A stretch of 64,000 nt of DNA, taken from assembly GCF_026210795.1 (NCBI RefSeq), contig NC_089430.1:4836001-4900000 (forward strand), in the 5' to 3' direction. The notes beneath the pieces were generated by a model. The model saw only the letters and a list, made by a program, of their open reading frames with translations, was not told where the DNA came from and searched no databases. Each line of letters starts with the position of its first letter. Within the stretch, counting starts at the first letter, position 1. This document shows positions 41,357-52,900 of the stretch, one piece after another. Source of the stretch: Rhizophagus irregularis. Its lineage: Eukaryota. The position numbers and the translations under genes are program-made.

Positions 41357-42072
41357 TCTAGATGTAGTAACAAACGTCTAAAAATAAGCCAAGAAAATTA
41401 GATTCTCTATTCTTTATTATTGTTGTTAACCATTTTTTTCTTTCTTGCACTATTAAATAATTTCATTGCCAAAAAACCAAATTTATTTTTTTTTTTTAAA
41501 ATCCAAAATTAAATTTCCCATGATTACTAGGAAACTTAAGCTTCTATATTAGTAAATTTATTTAAATCGTCAAATTTGAACATTAATCACTAAAAATTTC
41601 TATAAAAGGAATTTTCTATAAAATACTTGGATAAGACTTGCATAAGCAAAATTAATGAATTAATTTCACTTTTTGGCAACTGTAAAAATTTTAATATGAA
41701 TGTAGAGTTACAGCCCATTACCTGTTCAACTTGGGGTTATGGAATAGAAATTTTGCCAAAGTTAACATGTTAACTCTGGTCAGAACTTTAATGCCGCCCA
41801 AATTAAAGTTATATGGATTTTTGCTTGGCCACATATGGCTAACTTGATGGTCGACTTTCTGATCATCAAGTGAGCCATATATGAAATTTTTATTAAATCT
41901 GGCCAAAATTATAATATTCAGCCAGAATTAAGTGGTGTGTTGACGGTCACTACTGATAACCTTTGATAATCTTTTTAAACAATGTCAGTTTTTTTAAATT
42001 TTATAGATATCTTGATCTGTATATTTATCGAGAAAAAGAATTTGATATTTATCCTGAGTATAAACGGGTAAT

Positions 42073-43258
42073 TAAAGCTCTGAACGGTTCCGGTTTGAAC
42101 CGGAAACTGATCCGGAACCGGCAAAAAATTCGGTTCAGTTCTCGGTTCGGTTTTGGACTTGGAACCGTCCGGTTCAGTTCGGTTCTATCCGAAATTAAGA
42201 AAAAATGCGAAAAAATGAATAACGACTATCCAGTGATCGTACAAGGACGAGCCATAGCTCGTTGGAATCCTCTCATCGAGACGCGTCGAATGGTGGTAAA
42301 ATCAAGTCTATAGCATCGATAGATCACGAGATAGCACATGGTGAGTGTTTCTTAAAAAATTTGCATTAGAAAACTATCCAATGATGCTAGAGACATGAAT
42401 TTACCACCATTCGACGCATCTCGACGAGACGAATCTAATGAGCTATAATTCGTCTTTTTACAATTACTGGATAGTCTTGTATTCGTTTTTTCGCATTTTT
42501 TTTAAATTTTCGAACGTCAAAAATTAAAATTCGATACAAGCGATTAAACGCCATCTATTGATCACATAAAGACGAATTTTAGCTCATTGGATTCGTCTCA
42601 CTGAGACGAGTCGAATGGTGGTAAAATCAAGTCACTAGCATCGATAGATCGTTTTCTAATGCGAATTGTTTAAGAAACACTCACCATGGGCTATCTCACG
42701 ATCTATCGATGCTAGAGACTTGATTTTACCACCATTCGACTCGTCTCAGTGAGACGAATCCAATGAGCTAAAATTCGTCTTTATGTGATCAATAGATGGC
42801 GTTTAATCGCTTGTATCGGAATTTTAATTTTTGACGTTCGAAAATTTAAAAAAAAATGCGAAAAAACGAATACACGACTATCCAGTGATTGTAAAAAGAC
42901 GAATTATAGCTCATTAGATTCGTCTCGTCGAGATGCGTCGAATGGTGGTAAATTCATGTCTCTAGCATCAATGGATCGTTTTCTAATGCAAATTTTTTAA
43001 GAAACACTCACCATGTTCTATCTCGTGATCTATCGATGCTAGAGACTTGAATTTACCACCATTCGACGCGTCTCGATGAGAGGATTCCAACGAGCTATGG
43101 CTCGTCCTTGTACGATCACTGGATTGTCATATATTCGTTTTTTCGCATTTTTTCTTAATTTCGGATAGAACTGAACCGAACTGGACGGTTCCATTTCGGT
43201 TTTCGGTTCTACCCAAACCGCAAAAAAACCGAACCGAACCAACCCGTTTGGAGCTTTA
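42073..43258. mobile_element. Non-autonomous hAT element containing a ~1-kb palindrome
   Basis: 8-bp TSD cgggtaat (42065-42072, 43259-43266); TIR taaagctctgaacgg / ccgtttggagcttta; cggtt/aaccg subterminal repeats; inverted arms ~42161-42651 and ~42699-43192. Confidence 0.9.
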
Positions 43259-43470
43259 CGGGTAATACCCAATATGGAGTTGGGTAGTCGGGTAATACTT
43301 TTTTTGATTTGGGTATGACCCAGATCCAGACACCCCAGCCAAATGATCAACATAGTTTCTAAGCTAAGTGGGCGTGCACTACATCATAGCTTATAAACTG
43401 CCCATGGGCCAGATTAGCCCACGAGATCTGATTGGTCCAAACAACTTACCAACATTTAATTACAAATAAG

Positions 43471-45191
43471 TAAGGATGGTGCCGCAAATATGTAATTGCG
43501 GAATAATTGCGATTTACGGTATTGCGGAACATTGCAGATTTTTAAATCTAAAAATCCGCAAATCTGCAAATCCGCAATTATCCGCAATCCCACAAATATT
43601 CCGCAAAAAAAACTTTCTTTTTTTTAATAAAATATAATTACTACTAAAAAAAAAAAATATTTCTATTTATTATTAATAATAAAAGAAATTATTTTACATA
43701 AAAAAAAATTAAAAAAAACGCTGGAACCTATAGTTCTGGCGTTTTAATTAAAAAAAATTTAAAAGAAACCGCCGGAACCTATAGTTCCAGCGTTTTTACA
43801 TAAAAAAAAATTAAAAGAAACCGCCAGAACTTATAGTTCCAGCGTTTTAATTAAAAAAAATTTAAAGAAAACGCCAGAACCTATAGTTCTGGCGTTTTTA
43901 TTAAAAAAAATTTAAAGAAAACGCTGGAACTCATAGTTCCGGCGTTTTTACATAATAAAATTAAAAGAAAACGCCGGAACCTTAGTTCCGGCGTTTTTAT
44001 TAAAAAAATTAAAAAGAAAACGCCAGAACCTTAGTTCCGGCGTTTTTATTAAAAAAAAAATTAAAAGAAAACGCCGGAACCTTAGTTCTGGCGTTTTTAT
44101 TAAAAAAAAATTAAAAGAAAATGCCGGAACCTTAGTTCTGGCATTTTTATTAAAAAAAAACTAAAAGAAAACGCCGGAACCTTAGTTCCGGCGTTTTTAT
44201 ATAAAAAATCAAAAGAAAACGCTGGAACCTATAGTTCCGGCATTTTTACATAAAAAAATTCAAAAGAAAACGCCAGAACCTATAGTTCCGGCGTTTTTAC
44301 ATAAAAAAATTCAAAAGAAAATGCCGGAACCTATAGTTCCGGCGTTTTTACATAAAAAAATTTAAAGAAAACGCCGGAACCTATAGTTCGGCGTTTTTAC
44401 ATAAAAAAATTCAAAGAAAATGCCAGAACCTATAGTTCCGGCGTTTTTACATAAAAAAATTAAAGAAAACGCCAGAACCCATAGTTCTGGCGTTTTTATA
44501 TAAATAAATTAAAAGAAAACGCCGGAACCTTAGTTCCGGCGTTTTTACATAAAAAAATCAAAAGAAAACGCCGGAACCTATAGTTCCGGCGTTTTTATAT
44601 AAAATAATTAAAGAAAACGCCGGAACCTTAGTTCCGGCATTTTTATTAAAAAAAAATTTAAAGAAAACGCCGGAACCTTAGTTCCAGCGTTTTTACATAA
44701 AAAAATCAAAAGAAAACGCCAGAACCTATAGTTCCAACGTTTTTACATAAAAAAAATCAAAAGAAAACGCCGGAACCTATAGTTCCGGCGTTTTTTACAT
44801 AAAAAAATTCAAAAGAAAACGCCGGAACCTATAGTTCCGGCGTTTTTACATAAAAAAAATCAAAAGAAAACGCCGGAACCCATAGTTCCGGCGTTTTATA
44901 TAAATAAATTAAAAGAAAATGCCAGAACCTATAGTTCCGGCATTTTTATATAAAATAATTAAAAGAAAACGCCGGAACCCATAGTTCTGGCGTTTTTATT
45001 AAAAAAAATTAAAAAATATGCCGGAAGCAATAGTTCCAGCATTTTTGTATAAAAAACCTATTAGTTCTGGTGTTTTTTGTATGTAAGAAAATACCAAAAC
45101 TGAATTGCGGAATTACGGGCTACTAACCGCAATTCAACTTCAAAATCCGCAATATTGCGGAATTTGAAAATCATTTGCGGACCCATCCTTA
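43471..45191. mobile_element. Non-autonomous hAT element with an internal minisatellite
   Basis: 8-bp TSD caaataag (43463-43470, 45192-45199); 19-bp TIR taaggatggtgccgcaaat / atttgcggacccatcctta (2 mismatches); ttgcgg/ccgcaa subterminal repeats. Confidence 0.9.
43714..45045. repeat. ~27 copies of a ~50-bp palindromic unit: aaaacgccggaac-cta(ta)-gttccggcgtttt plus an A-rich linker
   Basis: Units counted by eye; linkers are nearly identical, so this is a minisatellite rather than CRISPR. Confidence 0.95.
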
Positions 45192-46241
45192 CAAATAAGG
45201 CAATTTTATAACTTTTGACCGGATATTTACTTATAATATAAACTCATGGTCAAGGATTGCATTAATGTACATTTTGTACCACCTTGTAACTATAAAAAAG
45301 GCAAAAATTTTTCAAGGTTACACATTAATTTGGCCAGAATTAAGATAATTTCGCCCAGCAAAATTTGGCCGGAATTATAAAACGGACATAAATGTCCGTT
45401 TGCAAATTTGGCCAGAATTATAAAAACGGACATAAATTTGGCCAGCATTATGAATGTAAATATTTTAACTAATTATTCAATAATCATAAATAAATAAATT
45501 ATATTTTATTGGCTTTGTCTCATCAAAATATGCTAAATAGTGGTAATTTCATATTTCTATTATCAATAAATAAAAGTTATTAGCATTTATAAATATTTAA
45601 AAATATAAAAAATTATTTCAAAAAAATGTTAATATGATTTTATTATTTATTTATTAATCCTAAAGGTATAAAACTGCTACCATTTAAAATATCTCAAAAA
45701 AACAATCCAACAAGCTATATATATTTTATCTTTCTATTTGTAATTACTTGATTTCAAGCTAAAGCAGTTTAGCTTTTAGCAATTTAATGTAAATATTTAA
45801 TCAGATAACACTAGTCGAAATAAGGCAAATTGGAAATAAGGCAAATCGTCCTTATTTTGGCTAAATTTCGGCTAATAATTAACGATCGTCTGTATATCAG
45901 GTGACATTCGGCATAGCCGATTTCCGATTTCACTAGTCGAAAAAGGCCGGCCTATATTCAATTAAAAATTCGACCATGATCTACGATTAGACATTGGTCG
46001 AATAGTCTAATTAAACGTCATGCATTACGCGTATCAAAGTTTAAAAAAGGATCTTTTTTAAACTTTCCCCTTTCATCCCTTCCTTTCACGCACTTCACTT
46101 CATCCTTACTTTCCCTGTCCTTTCGTCCTTCCCCTCCCTTCCCCTATTGTCCTTTCCTTTCCCTTTCGTCCTTTCCTTGCTTCCCCTTTCTCTCTCCCCC
46201 TTTTCTCACACCTTTCTTCCGCCTTTTTTTCTTGGAAGTAA

Positions 46242-49200
46242 TGTAAGTTTCGTTTCAAAACTTACATATTTTTTTTTAATTTTTTTTTTTAATTTAAGAA
46301 ACGAATTTCTTTTCATTGTTTTTTTTTGTAGGACGCCAGCTTTAACACGAAACTAGACTTTAAGGTAAAAAACGGGAAAGTGAAGTTTTGTTAATTTAAG
46401 AAACAAACTAACGTTTCTTTTCATTATTTTTTTTTTGTAGGACGCATAGGAGGACGCCGGCTTTAACACGAAACTGGACTTTAAGGTAAAAAATAGGGAA
46501 AAGGGAAAGGAGAAGGGGATTTAGAACCAAGATTCTTAAGAATCTTGGTTTTTATTTTTTTTAATATTTCGGAACGGTTACTAACCGTTCCTTTCTTTTT
46601 TATAGGTTTCGGGCAGGCTTCCTGGTTTTGAAGAATGGAAAAGAACCAAAATTCATAAGTAAACGAATCTTGGTTTAATTTTTTTTGTTTTTTTTTTGTA
46701 ATATTAACGAACGGTTACTAATAACCATTTTTTCTTTATTATTTTAGGATCGGGTTGGCTTCCGAATTCCGAAGAACAGAAAGAACTAAGTTTCGTAAGT
46801 ACGAGTATGAAACTTGGTTTATTTTTTATTTTTTTTTTTTCCTATTATATGAATGGTTACTAACCATTCCTTTCTTTTTCTTATAGGTTCGGCTCGCCTG
46901 CCATGAGTTTTCCGAAGAACGGAAAAAAACTAAGATTCTGTACTACAAATCTTAGTTTTTTTTTTCTTTTTTAATATTTGGAACGGTTATTACTAACCGT
47001 TCTTTTTCTTTTATTTTTTATAGGTTCGGTGTCTCAGGAGAGGCTTCCGAGTTCTGAAGAACGAAAAAAAAACCAAGATTCGTAAGTATATACGAATCAT
47101 GGTTTTAATTTTGTTTTTTTTTTAATTTTATTAATGAACAGTTACTAATAACCGTTCTTTCTTTTTTTAGGTTCACGAGTTCTGAAGAATAGAAAAGAAC
47201 TAAGATTCGTAAGTATATACGAATCTTGGTTTTAATTTTTTTGTTTTGTTTAATTTTATTAATGAACGGTTACTAATAACCGTTCTTTTCTTTTTTTAGA
47301 TTCGGATGGGCTTCCGATCTTTGGAAAAAGTGGAACCAAGATTTATAAGTAAGTACAAATCTTGGTTTAATTTTTTTTTATTATTATTATTACGAACGGT
47401 TACTAATAACCGTTCTTTTCTTTTTTTTTAGGATTGGGTGGATTTCCGAATTCCAAACAACGGAAAATTAAGATTCATAAGTAACTACTAATTACGAATC
47501 TTGATTTTTTTTCTTTTTTTTAATATTATTAATGAACGGTTACTAATAACCGTTCTTTTTTTTTTCTTTTCTTTTTTTTTAGAATCGGGTGGATTTCTGA
47601 ATTCCGAAGAACAGAAAATCAAGATTCGTAAGTAACTACTAATTACGAATCTTGATTTTTTTTTCTTTTTTTTTTAATATTATTAATGAACGGTTACTAA
47701 TAACCGTTCTTTTCTTTTTTTTTTAGGATCGGGTGGATTTCCGAATTCCAAAGAATGGAAAATCAAGATTCGTAAGTAACTACTAATTACGAATCTTGAT
47801 TTTTTTTTCTTTTTTTTTAATATTATTAATGAACGGTTACTAATAACCGTTCTTTTCTTTTTAGGATCGGGTGGATTTCCGAATTCTGAAGAACGGAAAA
47901 TCAAGATTCGTAAGTAACTACTAATTACGAATCTTGATTTTTTTTTCTTTTTTTTTTAATATTATGAATGAACGGTTACTAATAACCATTCTTTTCTTTT
48001 TTTTTAGGATCGGGTGGATTTTTGAATTCCGAAGTACAGAAAAGAACCAAGATTTGTAAGTATATACGAATCTTGGTTTTGTTTTTGTTTTTTTTTATTA
48101 TTTGGAACGGTTTACTAACCGTTCCTTTCTTTTATTTTTTAGGTTTCGGGTTGACTTCTGAAGATCAAAAGAAAAGGAACCAAGATTCGTAAGTAAGTAC
48201 GAATCTTGGTTTATTTTTTATTTTTATTTTTTATTATTTTGGAGCGGGTACTAACTGTTCCTTTCTTTTATTTTATAGGTTCGGGTGGGCTTCCAAGTTC
48301 CGGAGAATGGAAAAAGATCAAGATTTGTAGTAGAGCTCCGAATGGGTCAGGTCAGGTCAGGTTAATTGATAAACCTGACCTGAAATTTTTTTTCAGGTCA
48401 GATCAGGTCAGGTTATATCAGGTTGTCTGTTTGACCTGACCTGACCTGAAACCTGAAAAATTTCAGGACTATTTTTATTAAGTATTGAAAAAAAACGGTA
48501 CAAAACGTTTTTTTTTTAATATAACATTATGAAAAAAATGTTTTCGCAACGTTTTTTTCTCGAAATATTGCGATTCAACATTTTTATATTAAAATCATAT
48601 AAAAAAGTGAATCCCAATACTGCAATTCACGTTTTTTATATAGAATTAATATAAAAAAAGTGAGTTGCGGTATTGCGATTCACTTTTTTATATAGATTCT
48701 ATATAAAAAAAGAGAGTTGCGGTATTGCGATTCACTTTTTTATATTGATTTCATATAATAAAAGTGAGTTGCGGTATTGCGATTCACTTTTTTATATAGA
48801 TTCTATATAAAAAAGTGAATCGCAATATCGCAACTCTCTTTTATTATATGAAATCAATATAAAAAAGTGAATCGCAATACCGCAACTCACTTTTTTTATA
48901 TAGAATCTATATAAAAAAGTGAATCGCAATACTGCAACTCACTTTTATTATAAAGTAGAATCAATAGGTTCAGGTCAACAGGTCAATCAGGTCAGGTCAA
49001 TCTTCATACCTGACCTGAATTTTTTTTAAAAATCTCATACCTGACCTGAATTTCAGGTCAGGTCAGGTCAGGTTACCTGAATTTGGCTGACCTGTTCAGA
49101 GCTCTAATTTGTAGGTATATACGAATCTTGGTTAAATTTTTTTTATTAATATTAATGAATGGTTACTAATAACCGTTCTTTTCTTTTTTTATAGGTTTGG

Positions 49201-49317
49201 GTGGATTTCCGACGAATGGATGAACCAAAACCAAGATTCGTAAGTACGAATCATGGTTTATTTTATTATTATTATTTTATTATAATTTTGAATTAGCAAT
49301 ATTTATTTGTAATTTAG
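46242..49317 (+). repeat. Array of ~14 micro-exon/intron units (~130-150 bp) with splice signals in hairpins, preceded by two units of a second type
   Basis: Example: AG|exon 47727-47771 (45 nt)|GTAAGT 47772 ... gaacggtta-CTAA-taaccgttc 47831-47852 ... pyrimidine tract, AG 47863-47864. Confidence 0.85.
48331..49106. mobile_element. hAT MITE (776 bp) nested in the CACTA element
   Basis: 8-bp TSD atttgtag (48323-48330, 49107-49114); TIR tagagctccgaatgggtcag / ctgacctgttcagagctcta; gtcag/ctgac subterminal repeats; internal inverted ~58-bp units. Confidence 0.92.
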
Positions 49318-52300
49318 ATAGATGCTAATAATAATAATATAATTATAAAGTTTTTAAGCATTTAATTAATAAATACATTTAATAAATTTGATAATAAAAA
49401 TTGAAATAAATTCAGAAAAAAATAGTCCGATTTTTGTCCGATTTAAGTTCTGAAGTACATCTGATCACAGGTCAAAAAGTGAAAAATCAGGCACCAATTG
49501 GTGACTGATTGATGCCTGATTTTTCACTTTTCGACCTGTGGATTGACTGTCCAAATTTAGTATGATTTAGTTCTGATTTATGTCCGATTTAAGTTCCGAA
49601 GTACATCTGATTGGCAGTCAATCGAATAACAATCGGAATATATTTTTTTTGTAAAAATCAGACATATTTCAGCTGTAATTCGACCTAAAATAAGATATCT
49701 GATTTTTAGCCGATTTGCCTTATTTCGACTAGTGTAATAGACATTTGTTTTTTTTTTAAATCAGAATACTAGATATTATTGTTTTATTATTTATTTAATA
49801 TATAAAAGTTATATGAACATTGTGTTTTATAAATATTATACAAAAATTTTGTAAAGAAAATTTACAAAAATTTATAATTGATATAATTAATTAATAATTT
49901 AATTTATTATTCTAATTGTTATAAAATAATACATCACATGCTATTTATGAAAGTTTACTTTAATATAATATATATATATTACATTAAGAATATATAAATA
50001 ATTATTTAATTATCCAATTTATTATATACTATTTTTGTAGATAATGTTATATAAATATACTATTTATTTACTATTCGGCATTTAAAAAATGGTTTATTGA
50101 GAAAATATTGACTTTTTGGTTTTTTTATTTTTAAAATTGCCAAAAAATTGGATCTTTCAACTATTAGTATATTAAATATATGTGGAAGTTACATATATAA
50201 ATATACCTAGTATTTAGTAGTAAATTAAATATATGTGAAAGTTACATAAACATATTGGTATTTAATATTTAAAATTATTTTATTAATTAAAATATTTTTT
50301 TTATTATTAGATGCAAATTATTTTAAAAATTGTCAAAAAATTAGATTCTTTAATTATTAGTACATTACATATGCAATTTAGCAATTGAAAAATTATTTTA
50401 TTAATAGGCCATTGATTTTATTTTAGTTTTATTCTTTTTTTTAATTAGATATAATTTATTTTAGAAAATTAAATGATTTGATTCTTTTAATTATTAGTAT
50501 ATTATTATATCTATAGAAGTTGAATAAACATATCTATTTAATGGAATTTAATATTTAAATTATTTTATTAATATAAAACTTAATTTTTGTTTTGTTTTTA
50601 TTTACAGTATTTATTATTTATTTATTTTTTATTAGATACAAATTATTTTAAATATTGTTAGAAATTGGATCAACAAAATCTATCTAATTAAAAAATTTTT
50701 GTCATATTTAGATTACCCTGTATAAATAATTTGAATTGTGTAACATTGAAAGTGTGCGTTCGATCTATTTCGTAATTATCATATCATAATTATATCATAA
50801 TTTAAACTAATACATTTACAGTTAATTAAAATTTTAACTGTATTTTTTTTTTATTCTGGTGAATTAATTACTAACAAAAAAAAGTATAATTTCTCTTATA
50901 CATTTATTTGTTGGTCATTTCCGCTCTCTTAGTTACCATGAACCATTTCTTTAATAATAATTTTTTTCAGTTTTTACCAAAAAACTGAAACTACCTTTTT
51001 AGTCTTTTTTTATTATCATTATTGTTTCTTTTGGTTAACTTAACCAAAATTTTTTTATTCTTATTGGATTTTTTTTCAGGGGATTTTTTTTTAATCAGAA
51101 TTTATCAAAATTTTGGATTTTTTTTTTAACCCAAAAAATAGGCTATTCTTTTTTTTTGGTTTGGGTTAAGACTATAGAACTATATCCTATGGCTTTTTGT
51201 GGGATTTTTTTTAGTTAATGATATTGTTTCTAACTAATAAATTCATTTTTTTTTAGTGAGAATTTTTTTGATTATATAGATATTTTGTAATTAAATCAAT
51301 AAATTTTTTGATAAATCTATATAACTAAAAAACTATATAACTTAAAAAATTTGTCTGACGTTTGGATTAGTCTCTGCATAATAATTTGAATTGTGTAACT
51401 TGAAATCCATGCCATATAATTAAAACCCGTGACATACCTCCGTCTGATCTATTTATCCGTGTACATTCCAATCAACTAATATAATTTCATTTTACCTTCA
51501 AACTGAAAAAAATTTTTTCTTCCTTTCTTCTTTCGGTTTAGTTTTTTTTTCAAACCGAAAATTTGATTTTTCTCATTCTTTTCCCATTTAGGTTTAATTT
51601 TTTTCCCAAACTGAAAATTATTTTTTTTTTCGAATTATTGCAAAATTTTTTTCGATACTTATTTTTTTCAGATTCCTTTTTTTTCAGAAATTTCCCTTTT
51701 TTTTGAACCAATTTCTTTCTTTATCCTTTTTCTTTCCCCCAAATTTATTTTTAATTTTTTTTTTCTTTTAATTTTTTTTTAAAAAATCACGCTGGATAAA
51801 TAGTTTGATTTTCAAATTCATAAAAATCAAAAAAAAAATTGATATTTTTACAATATTTTATAATTAATTAATTGAAGAAATTGTTGATTTAATAATAGAC
51901 TATTATAACCAAATCCATATCCAAAATTCTCTAAATAATCACCAGATTTTTGATTAAAAATTTTAATTCAAATGGTTTAGTTAAATTAATAATTTATCGA
52001 ATAAAATGAGTATCAAAATAATAATAAATGAAATGAACAGATTTCTAATACATTTAAATGTTCAAATATTTTTCCTAAGTTGGTTATAAGTTTAAGATTG
52101 ACGTAATAAAAATAAGAAATAATTAATTAATATACATATTAATATTTGTAGTATTTTCATAATATTTAAGTTTTTTCAATAAAAATTAATTTTTTAGAAG
52201 TATTCTTGATAATTATTTTTTCACAATTCCTAATTAATCCGAATTTCACTCTACGCTCAAACATCAAATCATTAATACATTATTCTAAAAAAAATGTATA

Positions 52301-52900
52301 AGAAATAGCAACACGAAAATAAAAATAATTTATTATTTATATCATTCTAATATTATAAATAGAGCTCCGAATGGGTCAGGTTAGGTCAGGTTTAAGGTTG
52401 CTTGCCGAAACCTGTTTGGCCTAATGCCGAAAGGTGAAACCTCTTATATAGTGCCGAAACGCCGAAACGCCAAAACGCCGAAACCTGTCAAAATTGCGAA
52501 ACTGCCGAAACATGCCGAAACCTCTATAATAGGTTTCTCTGTAGTTTCGGCATAGTTGATCATAAGATTTGCATATAGTTACGCCAAGTTACACCAATTA
52601 ATAATATAATTTAGATGATCAAATAATCTACAAATAAAAGATTAAACTTCAATATTTTACTGTCGTCTTAGTTCTTTTAAGCTTTATCTAGTGTTAGAAT
52701 TTTCATTTCTAACTCCCATATTAATATTATGATATTACACGTTTTTACAGTTTTTTTTTAAGGGGCTTATATTCATTAAAGGAAAATGCGTAACATGCAT
52801 TTAATAAACCCAATTCCGTCATCTCCTTTAACACTGAACTAAAGTTTCTTTTACTTTCTTCCATTTTCTTAATAATAATATTAATAATAAACTGTTTCAA

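Larger units (their letters stand above)
45809..49734. mobile_element. Non-autonomous CACTA (EnSpm/CMC) element
   Basis: Perfect 22-bp TIR cactagtcgaaataaggcaaat / atttgccttatttcgactagtg; 3-bp TSD taa (45806-45808, 49735-49737); no transposase ORF. Confidence 0.9.

Noticed and set aside
41963..43353. Paralogous ORFs 41963-42313, 42785-43000 and 43039-43353
   Set aside because: Mirror readings of the palindromic MITE that run across its TIR/TSD boundaries.
43714..45045. CRISPR array
   Set aside because: The spacers are near-identical A-rich linkers, there are no cas genes, the context is eukaryotic, and the array lies inside hAT TIRs with a TSD.
46147..48439. ORFs 46147-46356, 47683-47904 and 48206-48439
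   Set aside because: Low-complexity read-through of pyrimidine tracts and repeat units; the last crosses a MITE junction.
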